A DNA stretch of 64,000 nucleotides from an uncultured Thermoleophilia bacterium (lineage in GTDB: Bacteria > Actinomycetota > Thermoleophilia > UBA2241), in assembly GCA_963715985.1 (NCBI GenBank), contig CAVQSP010000014.1, forward strand, positions 704,001 through 768,000. The letters run 5' to 3'. Position numbers and translations under genes: made by a program. This document shows positions 11,211-21,265 of the stretch, piece after piece; position 1 is the stretch's first letter; each line of letters begins with the position of its first letter. The notes under the pieces are model-generated. The model made no database searches and had not been told where the DNA came from. It worked only from the letters and a program-made list of their open reading frames with translations.

Positions 11211-11673
11211 AGGGACTCCGGACGGCCGGTGGCGCTTCGCCACGGTCGCCTAGATGGCGGAACATCCTTCCCCAGGACACCTGCCCTTCCCCGGACTCGC
11301 CTGTGGACGAAGATCGCGACTGAGCGGCCGACGTGCTGCTGCACGCGATGCGCTTGTGACGTCGGCTCGTTTCGCGTCGCGCGCGCCGTACTCCAGCGCC
11401 CGTGTGCCGTGGCGGTCGCCGGCGGCTTGCCCGACCGGCTCCCGCTTGTCTGGGCTGAGTCGCATCCTCTCTGCCCCTCGGTGCCCGCTGCCGCCTCCTG
11501 CCAAGCTGACAGGTGCCGCTTGTCCGCCGATGAGGACGTCAGCCGGCGACGGAAACTCGACCGAGAAGCCGGGGCTGCCGCGCAGACTCGGTGACTTCAA
11601 GATCCGCGACTGTGGCGCGGCCGGACGCACCGTGTGAGAGGTTTGAGAGGTTTACGCGAAGGCGCGCGCGACA

Positions 11674-11687
11674 CGAACACGTGTTCG
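11674..11687. promoter_or_regulatory. LexA (SOS) box of Gram-positive/actinobacterial type
   Basis: Perfect palindrome CGAAC-ACGT-GTTCG. Confidence 0.5.
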
Positions 11688-11766
11688 CTCATGGGCACGA
11701 TGAAGGGGCCGTGCGAGCTGCGACGATCGGGCCCGGATCCGGCGACGCCCGGGCCGGGCGTGAGCG

Positions 11767-12294
11767 CTAGTACTTGATCAGGCTGAAGACCTCGTAGCCC
11801 TCGAGCTTGCTGCGCCCGTTGAGGCCGCTGAGCTCGATGATGAAGGCGAGGCCCACGACCGTGCCGCCGAGCTTCTCCACGAGGTCGATCTTGGCGCGTG
11901 CGGTACCGCCGGTGGCGAGGAGGTCATCGTGGATCAGCACGTTCTGCCCGGGCTTGATGGCGTCGGCGTGCACCTCGAGCCGGTCGGTGCCGTACTCGAG
12001 GTCGTACTCAGCCGTCACCGTCTCATAGGGCAGCTTTCCGGGCTTGCGGGCGCACACGAAGCCGGCGCCGAGGCCGTAGGCCACGGCGGCGCCGAGGATG
12101 AAGCCGCGAGCCTCCGCGCCCAGCACGACGTCGATGTGCTTGCCCACGCCGTACTCCACGATGCGGTCGACGGCTTCGTGCAGCGCCACGGGCTCGGCGA
12201 GCAGCGGCATGATGTCGCGGAACAGGATCCCCTCCTTGGGGAAATCCGGGATGTCCCGTACGTGAGCGCTGAGGTCGTAACTGCCGTCGGTCAT
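11767..12294 (-). CDS. apt: Adenine phosphoribosyltransferase
   Basis: DFPKEGILFRDI, EARGF, RKPGKLP, LIHDDLLATGGT. Confidence 0.96.
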   Translation of the reverse strand: MTDGSYDLSAHVRDIPDFPKEGILFRDIMPLLAEPVALHEAVDRIVEYGVGKHIDVVLGAEARGFILGAAVAYGLGAGFVCARKPGKLPYETVTAEYDLEYGTDRLEVHADAIKPGQNVLIHDDLLATGGTARAKIDLVEKLGGTVVGLAFIIELSGLNGRSKLEGYEVFSLIKY

Positions 12295-12314
12295 GAGAGG
12301 TTCTCCCGGTGAGG

Positions 12315-13047
12315 TCAGCGGCCGGTGCGGCCGCCGCTGAGACGCCGCACGCCGCGGGCGAGCAGCAGCTGACGAAGCTGGGTGGTGGCCTGGACGATGT
12401 CGTCCAGCTGCGCAAGACCCTCACGGCGGCGGTCCTGGCGGTTGGAGCTGAGGGCCGGCAGGAGGACCTGCTCGATGAGGCCGATCTCGCGGTCCACCGC
12501 GCTCTTGACGACGCGGAGGTTCTTGGGGCGCAGGCCGAGCTGTGCGAGCTGTGCGGCCGCCCCGACGATGCCGGCATCGGTCTCGGTGTAGCGCCGCACG
12601 CCGCTGACCTGGCGGGCGTGGACGAGCTCGAACTCCTCGAGCTCGTCCAGAAGGCGACGAATCGGCCCCCGTCATGGCCTGGATCTCCTCGCCCGTGTAC
12701 TCGCGCTCCTCCCCGGCCACGAGGAGGTCGGTCTTGAGGAGGGCCTGCCGCGCGGACTGGTGCGGGCTCGCGGGGCTGCGCTCGAGCTCGCGGCGGATGA
12801 CCTTGAGCGGCAGGTACTCGTCGCGCTGCATGGCGAGCACGCGCACGAGGCGCTTGAAGTCGTCCTGCGAGTACAGCCGGTAGCCGGATTTCGTGCGACG
12901 CGGCGTGACCAGGCCCTGCTCCTCGAGGTAGCGCAGCTTGCTGACGCTGATGTCCGGGAACTCGCCGCGCAGCCGCTCGACCACGGAGCCGATGGTGAGG
13001 AGCTTCTCCTCCCCCACGTCGAACAGCAGTTCGGCGGTCTCGTTCAC
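12315..13047 (-). CDS. MerR-family regulator (FtsR/Rv1828-like), frameshift near 12650
   Basis: LTIGSVVERLRGEFPDISVSKLRYLEEQGLVTPRRTKSGYRLY...YLPLKVIR; C-terminal half (LGLRPKNLR) in another frame; follows an FHA gene. Confidence 0.85.
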
Positions 13048-13502
13048 GACGGCACGATGTAGGTGAGCTTGTACTTGCCGATCTGGATCTCGTCGCCGTC
13101 GGCGAGCACGGTGCGGTCGCCGCGCCGGCGATTGACGTAGGTGCCGTTGAGGCTGCCCTCGTCGACGATGACCCACGAGTCGCCCTCACGCACCAGTACG
13201 GCGTGGTTGCGCGAGACGGTGACGTCGTCAAGGAAGATGGCGGCGTCGGGGTGTCGGCCGATGGCGACCCGCTCCCCGAGGAGCGGATACGTCTCCCCGG
13301 CCCGGCCGCCGCCGCTGCGGATGACCAGGCAGGACTCGTCGCCGGCGACGGCGGCGAGCGCGTTGGGCTCGCCGTCCTCCTCGGCAAGAAGGTAGCTCAG
13401 CGTGGTGGCGGACTCTGGCTGGTCGGCGATGAGGCTGGCGCCGCAGCGCACGCAGAAGCTGGCGCCCTCCGAGTTGCGGATGCCGCACTCAGGGCAGAAC
13501 AC
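13044..13502 (-). CDS. Zinc-ribbon + FHA domain protein (GarA/OdhI-like)
   Basis: CPECG...FCVRCG; IGRHPDAAIFLDDVTVSRNHA, GSLNGTYVN; ATT near the position of the GarA ETTS phospho-motif. Confidence 0.9.
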   Translation of the reverse strand: MFCPECGIRNSEGASFCVRCGASLIADQPESATTLSYLLAEEDGEPNALAAVAGDESCLVIRSGGGRAGETYPLLGERVAIGRHPDAAIFLDDVTVSRNHAVLVREGDSWVIVDEGSLNGTYVNRRRGDRTVLADGDEIQIGKYKLTYIVPS

Positions 13503-13503
13503 G

Positions 13504-13782
13504 TCACTCGTCCCCGGGGTCTCCGGGCGCGTGCGGCGCGGGGCCAGGCCCCTGCCCGGCGAGGATGCGGGACAGGCGCTCGACGTCGTCCGCCGAGATG
13601 ACCGCCTCACCCTCGTTGTGCTTGCGCTGCAGGCGCAGCACGAGCTCGGCGCGCAGGATGTCCAGCTTGCCGTGCAGGAGGCGCCGCTGGCGGGAGATCT
13701 CCCGCTCCTCCGCCTCCAGCTCTGCGACCAGCATGCGGAGCTCGTCGTCCGAACGCGACACGAGGTCGACGATATCGTCCAT
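13504..13782 (-). CDS. RsiG-like anti-sigma factor, single c-di-GMP motif
   Basis: 92-aa coiled-coil protein with E(REI)S(RQ)R(RLL)H(GKL)D matching ExxxSxxRxxx[Q/H]xxxD. Confidence 0.75.
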   Translation of the reverse strand: MDDIVDLVSRSDDELRMLVAELEAEEREISRQRRLLHGKLDILRAELVLRLQRKHNEGEAVISADDVERLSRILAGQGPGPAPHAPGDPGDE

Positions 13783-13820
13783 GGTCCTTCTCCTGATCGT
13801 GCGTGGAGGGCAGGAAGCCG

Positions 13821-13861
13821 ATGCTACCGGACTCGCCCTCAACGTTCAAGCTCAGGTTGAG
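13821..13861 (-). promoter_or_regulatory. Promoter TTGAAC-N17-TAGCAT overlapped by palindrome CTCAAC-N12-GTTGAG (MerR/FtsR-type operator)
   Basis: Minus-strand -35 at 13849-13844 and -10 at 13826-13821; dyad at 13838-13861. Confidence 0.6.
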
Positions 13862-14432
13862 GTGACCTTGACTCCGGTGGAGGGGCGGACTGGTCGCCGG
13901 CGAGCTCGATGCGCACGACCTCACGCTCGCCGAGGCGGACGAGTGTCTGCAGAGCATCGTACTCGTCCGCGTCTCCCGCCACGAGCAGGCCCTCGACGAC
14001 GTCGCCGAGCTTCCTCGCGCCCGGCCCCACGTACGCCAGCACGCGCGCCTCGAGGGGCGCCTCGGCCTCGCCGCCCACAAGGCGCACGATGGCGGTGGCC
14101 GGCAGGCGCTCGCGCAGCCGGCGCGTCTCGTCGAGGCGGCGCATGCCCTCGATGAGCAGCGCCTCCGTGGAGAGGTCGCAGGTCCCCTGGGGAACGACAT
14201 CGGAGTCGAAGGAGAACGACCCCTCGCTGACGGCGAGCAGCGCATAGAAGGCCAGGTCGGCGCTCAGCTCGCCGCAGCGCGCGCCGACCAGGCGGCCGCC
14301 ACAGAAGTCGAGCTCGCCGCGCGCCTCCCCGTGCGCGTCGAACACGGTGACGCGCCCGGTCTTGCGGCCGATGGTGGTCATTTCCACGAGCTCGGCCAGC
14401 GCCAGCTCGTCGAAGCCGCCGCTCAGGCTCAC
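13839..14432 (-). CDS. DUF4388 (PatA-N-like) domain protein
   Basis: MSLSGGFDELALAELV...KTGRV...GELDFCGGRLVGA...EGSFSF...EALLIEGMRRLDE. Confidence 0.8.
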   Translation of the reverse strand: MSLSGGFDELALAELVEMTTIGRKTGRVTVFDAHGEARGELDFCGGRLVGARCGELSADLAFYALLAVSEGSFSFDSDVVPQGTCDLSTEALLIEGMRRLDETRRLRERLPATAIVRLVGGEAEAPLEARVLAYVGPGARKLGDVVEGLLVAGDADEYDALQTLVRLGEREVVRIELAGDQSAPPPESRSPQPELER

Positions 14433-14632
14433 GGTGTCGGCGCTCCCGCGTTCATGCGGTGTGGTGCATCCTCATTGGCGCCTAGCTTCGCACCCGCAGC
14501 CCTCTTCCCTGCCCCGGGCACTCATGCTCGCGGCCCCAGACGACGATACAAAGGGCGCAGGCCGAGCCTGGTATATACTTCGCTGGCCGTGGGCGGCGGC
14601 GTCCCCCCGGCCCCAGACGTGGAGGAACGAGC

Positions 14633-15118
14633 GTGGCGCGACGCAAGGGACTCGTGATAAACGACCGGCAGCTCGACCGCTGCGACGACCTCCTGGCCAA
14701 GCTCAAGGAGGTCTCCGGGTCGAGCTTCCTCGCGCTCATCAGCACCTCCGGCCAGCCCATCACCACCGCCTCCGACGAGTACCACCCCGAGACGCTCTCG
14801 CTGGCCTCTCTGGCGGCGAGCTCGTTCGCGGCCACGCAGCAGCTCGCCAAGATCCTCGACGAGAGCGAGTTCACGCTGCTCTTCCACGAGGGCAAGGCGC
14901 TCAACCTGCACGTCTCGCAAGTCAACGACCAGGTACTGCTCATCGTCACGTTCGGGCGCGAGACGCAGGTCGGCAAGGTGCGTCTGTACACGCAGCGTGC
15001 CATCGAGGCGCTGCGCCAGATCTTCGAGGGACCGGACGACGAGGACCAGCCGGCGATGGACGCCGACTTCGAGAGCGCGGCCGGCGACGCCATGGACGAC
15101 CTCTTCAAGGACCTGTGA
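14633..15118 (+). CDS. mglB: Roadblock/LC7 protein, MglB-like GAP
   Basis: SLASLAASSFAATQQLAKIL.ESEF.LLFHEG...LHVS...GKVRL; acidic tail ending DDLF. Confidence 0.85.
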   Translation: MARRKGLVINDRQLDRCDDLLAKLKEVSGSSFLALISTSGQPITTASDEYHPETLSLASLAASSFAATQQLAKILDESEFTLLFHEGKALNLHVSQVNDQVLLIVTFGRETQVGKVRLYTQRAIEALRQIFEGPDDEDQPAMDADFESAAGDAMDDLFKDL

Positions 15119-15128
15119 GGGCCACTGC

Positions 15129-15707
15129 ATGCCACTGATCAACTTCGCCGCCCGCGAGATCAACTACAAGATCGTCTACTACGGCTGCGGGCTCTGCGGC
15201 AAGACCACCAACCTCCAGTACATCCATCGCAAGATCAATCCCGATGCCCGCGGCAAGCTCGTGAGCATCGCCACTGAGGAAGAACGCACCCTCTACTTCG
15301 ACTTCATGCCGCTCACGCTCGGCACGGTGAAGGGCATGCAGACGCGCTTCCATCTCTACACGGTGCCGGGCCAGAGCTACTACAACGCCAGCCGCAAGCT
15401 CGTGTTGCAGGGCGTGGACGGGGTCATCTTCGTGGCCGACTCCCAGATCACGCGCCTCGACGAGAACGTGGAGAGCTACCTGAACCTCTGGGACAACCTG
15501 CTCGGCCAGGGCGACGACCTCGCCAAGCTGGGGTTCGTCATCCAGATGAACAAGCGCGACCTCACCGACATCTTCTCAGTGGCCGACCTCAGCGAGCTGC
15601 TCAACCACACGCGCTCTCCGGTCGTCGAGAGCAGCGCGGTGACGGGCACGGGGGTGTTCGAGACGCTCAAGGTGGTCTGCAAGCAGGTCATCGCCAAGAC
15701 GGGCTGA
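15129..15707 (+). CDS. mglA: Small Ras-like GTPase MglA
   Basis: INFAAREINYKIVYYGCGLCGKTTNL, ERTLYFDF, LYTVPGQ, NKRDL. Confidence 0.92.
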   Translation: MPLINFAAREINYKIVYYGCGLCGKTTNLQYIHRKINPDARGKLVSIATEEERTLYFDFMPLTLGTVKGMQTRFHLYTVPGQSYYNASRKLVLQGVDGVIFVADSQITRLDENVESYLNLWDNLLGQGDDLAKLGFVIQMNKRDLTDIFSVADLSELLNHTRSPVVESSAVTGTGVFETLKVVCKQVIAKTG

Positions 15708-15716
15708 CCCTCTCCC

Positions 15717-17606
15717 TCAGGTACCGACCCGCTTCACCCAGTCCAAGGGCTGGTAGTGCGACACGAACGCGTCGCGGAACAGCACGTCGCCCTGCGTGTT
15801 GCGCACGGTGCGCTCCACGCGCACGCTGCGGCCGTCGATGCCCTGCTCCCAGCGGGTCACGCCAGGACCCAGGTCCGAGTCGTAGATCACGCGCGGATCG
15901 CCCTTGCTGTGGGCGGGCTTACGAATATCGTAGAACCCGCTCGTCTTGAACGTGGCCTCACGGCCTGTCTTGCCGACGAGTGCCACGGTGAGGTGATCGC
16001 CCTCCACCCAGCTGCGGATCATCAGCGTCTTGCCGGTGTCGTTGCGGAACTTGAGGTCCGCGCTGCCCCACGACACGGTGGCGTCGCGGCCGATGGGGTA
16101 GTGCGAGATGTACAGGGAATGCGCCTCGCGCTCCACGATGGGCAGGCCGGCGATGAGGGCGGCGTTGAACAGGGTGGTGGCGTACTGGCAGATGCCGCCG
16201 CCCACGCCCTGCCGCAGGACCATGTCCGAGGCGATGACCGGGGCGTAGTCGAAGCCGCGGTTGGCGCTGCGCGGGCCCATGGCGGCGTTGAGCGAGAAGG
16301 TCTCGCCAGGCTTGATGAGCGTGCCGTCCACGAGCTTGGCGGCCAGGGCGATGTTGCCGGCCCTGGCCGTGTTGCGCGGGTCGAAGTAGGTGACGAACTG
16401 AGCGCCGAGCGCGGCCAGGCCCATGCTCTGTACGTCCTCGGCGCTGAGCGCCGGCATGGCCGTGGTGAGCGCCACGAAGACCGTGCGGAGGCCGCCCGCG
16501 TTGGAGGCGGCGGCGTCGAGGTCCTGAAGCAGGACGTCCATGTCAAGGACGTCGCCCTCCTTACTGGGCGTGACGATGATGCCGCCCTGCGGGAAGACCT
16601 TGATCTGCGCGTTGACGGGCGGCGTCTCGGCGAAGGCGAAGAGCTTGTGCAGCTTGGCCTTGGCGCGCGGATTGCGGAAGGTGAGCGGGGAGGCGTCGGC
16701 GCCGGAGCCGGTGTTGACGCTCAACATGCCTGCCATCATCTCGGGGGTGAGGACGACCTCACGGTCGCGGTAGCGCAGGGTGATGGGCCGCGCGAGGTAC
16801 ACGGCCGCGGCCCCTGCCCGGGATTGCGCGTCGGCCGTGCTCACCTGCGGCTGCACGGCTCTCATCGGCACGGCCCCGGAGTACGGCTTGCCTGCGGCGA
16901 CCGAGGCGCTGACGGCACGCGCGAGGGCGACCGCATCCACGGTCGAGCCGGCGCGCGCCGGCACCACCGAGACCGCCGCGTCGCCGCCGATCTTGAGGCG
17001 GGCGTCGCGGGCCGGCACGTCCACCTCGGCGGTGACGGCCTCGAGGCCCTGCCGGAACCCGGCGGCGTCGAGCTTGACGCGTGGCGCCACCTCTCCCCCG
17101 CCACCAGGCAGCCACACGTCGCCGAGCAGGGGGACGTGGTGACGCCCGCGCCGCCAGGCGGCACGGGCGGTGGCCGCCGTGTCCACGCTCACGCCCAGCT
17201 GCGCCAACGTGAGCGTGAGCTCCTCGCCGGCGGCGGTCTTGAGGGTGATGCCGTCCAGGCGCGGCACGAGTCGCTCGTCCAGCCGCGCCTGTGCCTGGTC
17301 GCGCGTGAGTCCCTGCACGGGCACGCCGGCGACGGTGACACCGTCGCCGATGTGCGCTCCAACGACGAGCTGGGTGACGAGGAAGCCGGCGGTGAGCACG
17401 ATGAGAGTCAGCACGGCCGTGGCGGCCCACACGTGGCGCCGGTACCAGCCGCGGAGCGAGCGCAGCGCGCCGTGCCCGGCGGGCGTGACGCCGACCGGAG
17501 TCGCAACGCCGTCAAGCGCCGCCGAGGCCGCGCCCCCGCGCCTCGTCGCCGTGCCGGGCGCGGCCAGTCTCGCCGGCTCGGACGGCGGTGTCATCGGCTC
17601 GTCCAT
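15717..17606 (-). CDS. VanW-family protein with N-terminal TM and peptidoglycan-binding repeats
   Basis: PGETFSLN, GGGICQYATTLFNAAL, HSLYISHYPIGRDATV, DLKFRN; TACAAT 6 nt upstream of ATG (leaderless). Confidence 0.88.
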   Translation of the reverse strand: MDEPMTPPSEPARLAAPGTATRRGGAASAALDGVATPVGVTPAGHGALRSLRGWYRRHVWAATAVLTLIVLTAGFLVTQLVVGAHIGDGVTVAGVPVQGLTRDQAQARLDERLVPRLDGITLKTAAGEELTLTLAQLGVSVDTAATARAAWRRGRHHVPLLGDVWLPGGGGEVAPRVKLDAAGFRQGLEAVTAEVDVPARDARLKIGGDAAVSVVPARAGSTVDAVALARAVSASVAAGKPYSGAVPMRAVQPQVSTADAQSRAGAAAVYLARPITLRYRDREVVLTPEMMAGMLSVNTGSGADASPLTFRNPRAKAKLHKLFAFAETPPVNAQIKVFPQGGIIVTPSKEGDVLDMDVLLQDLDAAASNAGGLRTVFVALTTAMPALSAEDVQSMGLAALGAQFVTYFDPRNTARAGNIALAAKLVDGTLIKPGETFSLNAAMGPRSANRGFDYAPVIASDMVLRQGVGGGICQYATTLFNAALIAGLPIVEREAHSLYISHYPIGRDATVSWGSADLKFRNDTGKTLMIRSWVEGDHLTVALVGKTGREATFKTSGFYDIRKPAHSKGDPRVIYDSDLGPGVTRWEQGIDGRSVRVERTVRNTQGDVLFRDAFVSHYQPLDWVKRVGT

Positions 17607-17794
17607 ACGACCATTGTACGGCACCCGTTCGCGGCAGGCCCCCGGCCTCCTGCGCGTGAAGGCGTGGGTGCGGCCCGCCGCCGCCCGCCGCCCGACGAGG
17701 CGCCGGTTCGAGCACGGCGCGGAAGGCGGCGTAGCCTATCCGACAGTGCAACGAGGAAAGGTGGGACGCCCGTGGGCGTGTTTGCAGCGGCGTT

Positions 17795-17851
17795 TTCAGG
17801 CAAGAGCACCGTTGAACGTACGCTTGCTTGAAGCACGCGATCCGACTGTGC
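17795..17851. repeat. Dispersed ~57-bp intergenic repeat, copy 1
   Basis: Ungapped match to 29905-29961 at 43/57 nt. Confidence 0.6.
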
Positions 17852-17933
17852 TCGAGTCGGGCGCCGGCGGGCCAGAGCGTCGAGACCGACCAAGGCGCGC
17901 CCAAGGCCCGGCCGTGGCCGCGTGCCGTGCCCG

Positions 17934-18017
17934 GTTGTCGCGTGGGCGGCCAGGCGCCGTTGTCGCGCGGGCGGCCAGGCGCCGTTGTCGCGTGGGCGGC
18001 TAGGCGCTGTTGTCGCG
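17934..18017. repeat. 25-bp tandem repeat, ~3.4 copies
   Basis: Unit GTTGTCGCG(T/C)GGGCGGC(C/T)AGGCGC(C/T), overlapping the stop of the downstream minus-strand gene. Confidence 0.85.
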
Positions 18018-20525
18018 CACGACGCCGCGGACCACGTCCAGGATGCCGTCGGCGAGGGCCTCGGACGCGGCCTGGTCGTCGCCCTCGGCGTACACGTGGA
18101 AGACGGGCTCGTCGGCGTCCGGCAGCAGCTGCACCCAGCCGCCCACTGTATGCACCTGGATGCCGTCGATGAGGCTGATCTCGTCCTCGTCGCCGATCTC
18201 CCGCTGCAGGTGCTCGGTGGCGGTGCGCATCACCGTGCCCTTGAGCGACCAGGGGCAGGCGACCGTCTTGTGCACCAGCGTGCTGGCCGGGATCTCGGCC
18301 AGCTGCTCGCTCAGAGACAAGGCCTGCGGGGCGAGCAGCTCGAGCAGCTTGCCCAGGCTCATGATGGCGTCGAAGGCCGGGACCATCTCCGGGAAGATGT
18401 AGCCGCCGCCCATGGACCCCGCGAACACCACACCCTCCCGCGTGGAGGCCGTTGCGAGCTCGGGCAGGGAGACCTTGGTGCGCTCCACCTCTACGCCGAA
18501 CTCCCCGGCCAGACGCTCGGCGAGGCGCGTGACGGTGAGCGGCAGCACGATCTTCTGGCCCTTGGCCGCGTGCTGCGCAACGAGCTTCACGAACAGCAGC
18601 AGCGCCTGTTCCAGAGGCACCTCTTGGCCGCGGTCGTCCACGAGGAAGATGCGTTCCGCCCCGGGACCGATGACCACGCCCAGATCCGCCTCCATGGTGC
18701 GCACGAGGCGCTGGACCTCCTGGATGTTGGCGCCCAGCTCCTCCGCCCCGAGGCTCGCGTGCCGCTTGTCGCTGAAGGCGCGCAGCGAGAGGACCTCGGC
18801 CTCGAGGTCTCCGAGGATGTTGGGCAGCGCCAGCGAGGCCGGGGAATAGGAGTAGTCGATCACGAGCCGGTAGGCGCGGCTGCGGATGCGCTCCGTGTCC
18901 CAGGCGTTGACGAGGCCACGGACGTAGGTCTCCATGGCCCTGTCCGGGAACTCGAGCTCGCCGAACTCGCTGTAGAAGGCGCGCCGGAAGTCGCGGCGGC
19001 CCAGGTACTTCTCGATGTCCTTCTGGCGCTTCTCACTGAGACTGATGCCGGGGGGCTCGAACACCTGGATCTGCATCATCTCCGGGTCCCAGCTGGAGAT
19101 GCGCACGTGCATCCCGCCTTGGGACGCCCCGCTCTTGACGTCGAAGCGGTTGACGGCGCTGCTCGCTACGCGCAGGTCCCGGACCACGACCCCGGTGGAG
19201 CTCAGGCCGCAGATGAGGGCGCGCTTGATGACCCGCGACGCAGGGTGCGCGTCGCGGCTGGTGGTGACCCGCGCGCCCTTCTTGAGCACGGTGCCGTAGG
19301 CCATGGCCACGTTGAGCGCGAGCTCGGCCGTGATGTCCACGTTGATGAGGCCGGAGATGCCGTCGCGGCCGAAGAGCTGCGCGCTGCCCCGCGACTCCCA
19401 GATGATGCTGGAGTTGATCTGGGCGCCGGCCTCCACCGTCTTGAAGGGGTAGATCTTGACGTCCGGCGCCACGTAGGCCTGCTCGCCGATGACGCACTCG
19501 TCGCCGATGGCCGCGCCCTCGCTGAAGGTGGCTCCTGCCTTGATGTCGCAGTTCCTGCCGACGATGGTGCCCAGCACCTTGGCCGACGACCCGATGTAGG
19601 TGTTGGAGCCGATGACGCTGTGGCGGACCTCGGCGTGGTCCTTGACCACCACGTTGTTGCCCAGCACCGAGTACTTGTCGATGTTGGCCGTGGCCGCGAT
19701 CTTGCCGTAGTTGCCGATGAACGCCGGGCCGCTGATGTTCTCAAGCGAGTCGAGGTTGATGCCCTCGCCCACGAAGATGCGGTTCTGCAGTTCGATGCCG
19801 GGGATCTCCGCGGTGACTTTGCCGTCAAGGAGGTCGCCGTTGGCGGAGAGGTACTGGGGCAGGCTGCCGATGTCCTGCCAGTAGCCGTCGGCGACGAAGC
19901 CGTACAAGGGCGCTCCCATGGCAAAGAGCTTGGGGAACAGGTCCTGGCTGAAGTCATAGGGCTCGTCGGCCGGGATGTGGTCGAAGATCTCGGGCTCGAG
20001 CACGTAGATGCCCGTGTTGACGGTGTCGCTGAAGACCTGGCCCCACGTGGGCTTCTCGAGGAAGCGTTCGATGCGGCCCTCGTCGTCGACCACGACGACC
20101 CCGAACTCCAGCGGGTTCTCCACGCGCTTGAGGGCGATGGTGACCATGGCGCCGCGCTGCTTGTGGAACGCGATGATCTCGCCGAGGTCGAAGTCGGTGA
20201 GCGCGTCGCCGCTGATGACGATGAAGGTGCCGTCGCGCAGGGCATCCTCGGCCAGCTTGACGCTGCCGGCCGTGCCGGCCGGCGCCTGTTCCACCGAGTA
20301 CTGCATGCTCATGCCCAGCGCGGAGCCGTCGCCGAAGTAGTCGCGGATGGCCTTGGGCAGGAACATCAGGGTGACGACCGTCTCCTCGATGCCGTGCCGC
20401 TTGAGGAGCTCGAGGATGTACTCCATGCACGGCTTGCCGCACAGCGAGACCATGGGTTTGGGCTGATTGCTGGTCAGCGGCCGCAAGCGGGTGCCTTCGC
20501 CGCCGGCCATCACGACTGCGCGCAC
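18000..20525 (-). CDS. Mannose-1-phosphate guanylyltransferase / phosphomannomutase-like fusion
   Basis: [20 protein letters not shown]-transferase domain, hexapeptide repeats, PGM/PMM domain starting LFGRDGISG. Confidence 0.9.
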   Translation of the reverse strand: MRAVVMAGGEGTRLRPLTSNQPKPMVSLCGKPCMEYILELLKRHGIEETVVTLMFLPKAIRDYFGDGSALGMSMQYSVEQAPAGTAGSVKLAEDALRDGTFIVISGDALTDFDLGEIIAFHKQRGAMVTIALKRVENPLEFGVVVVDDEGRIERFLEKPTWGQVFSDTVNTGIYVLEPEIFDHIPADEPYDFSQDLFPKLFAMGAPLYGFVADGYWQDIGSLPQYLSANGDLLDGKVTAEIPGIELQNRIFVGEGINLDSLENISGPAFIGNYGKIAATANIDKYSVLGNNVVVKDHAEVRHSVIGSNTYIGSSAKVLGTIVGRNCDIKAGATFSEGAAIGDECVIGEQAYVAPDVKIYPFKTVEAGAQINSSIIWESRGSAQLFGRDGISGLINVDITAELALNVAMAYGTVLKKGARVTTSRDAHPASRVIKRALICGLSSTGVVVRDLRVASSAVNRFDVKSGASQGGMHVRISSWDPEMMQIQVFEPPGISLSEKRQKDIEKYLGRRDFRRAFYSEFGELEFPDRAMETYVRGLVNAWDTERIRSRAYRLVIDYSYSPASLALPNILGDLEAEVLSLRAFSDKRHASLGAEELGANIQEVQRLVRTMEADLGVVIGPGAERIFLVDDRGQEVPLEQALLLFVKLVAQHAAKGQKIVLPLTVTRLAERLAGEFGVEVERTKVSLPELATASTREGVVFAGSMGGGYIFPEMVPAFDAIMSLGKLLELLAPQALSLSEQLAEIPASTLVHKTVACPWSLKGTVMRTATEHLQREIGDEDEISLIDGIQVHTVGGWVQLLPDADEPVFHVYAEGDDQAASEALADGILDVVRGVVRDNSA

Positions 20526-20593
20526 GGGCCTCACCTTCGCTTTCGCCCAAGGGGTGGGTCGGTCGGATGCTGCGGCAATCCTACCAGAGGCGC

Positions 20594-21154
20594 CTACCCT
20601 GCCCGCGCACCGCCGCCCCGGTGCGCGCTCACCCAGGCGATGGCGCGGTACCCGTACAACAGGCCCGCGGCCACGTACAGGGTCGCGCCCACGGCGAAGA
20701 ACACCCAGCCCACCACCCGCACGTCGATGATGAACCACTGTATGGCGCAGATGAGGATGAGATTGCTGGCCTTGCCCCAGCGGCTGATCTGCGGGCCCTG
20801 GTCCGTGTACCTGCGCGTGGGGATGGCGAGGCCGAGGATGATGCCGTCGCGGACGAGCAGCGGCAGCACCGCCCACCAGGGCAGTGTCTGGAAGTACCAG
20901 AGCATCGCGACCAGCGTGAAGAAGAAGAGCCGGTCCACGATGGGGTCCACCCAACGCCCGAACTCGCTCTGGACGTCGTACCGGCGAGCGATGAGACCGT
21001 CGGCGACGTCACTGAGAGCGGCGAAGAGGACGATCCAGGCCGTGGTCCACGCCGCTCCCTCATGGTACAGCGCATAGGTCCACACGACGAACGGCAGCGA
21101 GGCGAGACGGGCGACGGTGAGGATGTTGGGGACGTAGCGGACGAAGCGGGACAT
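20594..21154 (-). CDS. CDP-alcohol phosphatidyltransferase (PgsA-like)
   Basis: [32 protein letters not shown]. Confidence 0.9.
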   Translation of the reverse strand: MSRFVRYVPNILTVARLASLPFVVWTYALYHEGAAWTTAWIVLFAALSDVADGLIARRYDVQSEFGRWVDPIVDRLFFFTLVAMLWYFQTLPWWAVLPLLVRDGIILGLAIPTRRYTDQGPQISRWGKASNLILICAIQWFIIDVRVVGWVFFAVGATLYVAAGLLYGYRAIAWVSAHRGGGARAG

Positions 21155-21265
21155 GAGTCGCAGTGTAGCAGCCCGGCGGCTTGGGCCGTGGGTGCCGCCC
21201 GAACGTCGAGGTCGTTGTCTGCCGGATCCGTTGACCGCGAGAGGCGGCTGCGTCTAGCATCCGGC

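Noticed and set aside
11211-11640. RNase P RNA, tmRNA or a protein gene in the dif gap
   Set aside because: No GAGGAAAGTCC or tRNA-like ends; the ORFs (e.g. 11250-11630) have non-protein-like composition.
17934-18017. 25-bp repeats as a CRISPR array
   Set aside because: Units are directly adjacent with no spacers, derive from a gene 3' end, and no cas genes are present.
17922-21077. Long antisense or alternate-frame ORFs (1051 aa here; also 1561-3690, 15756-17831, 27800-29941, 60118-62727)
   Set aside because: Shadow ORFs typical of high-GC DNA opposite well-supported genes.
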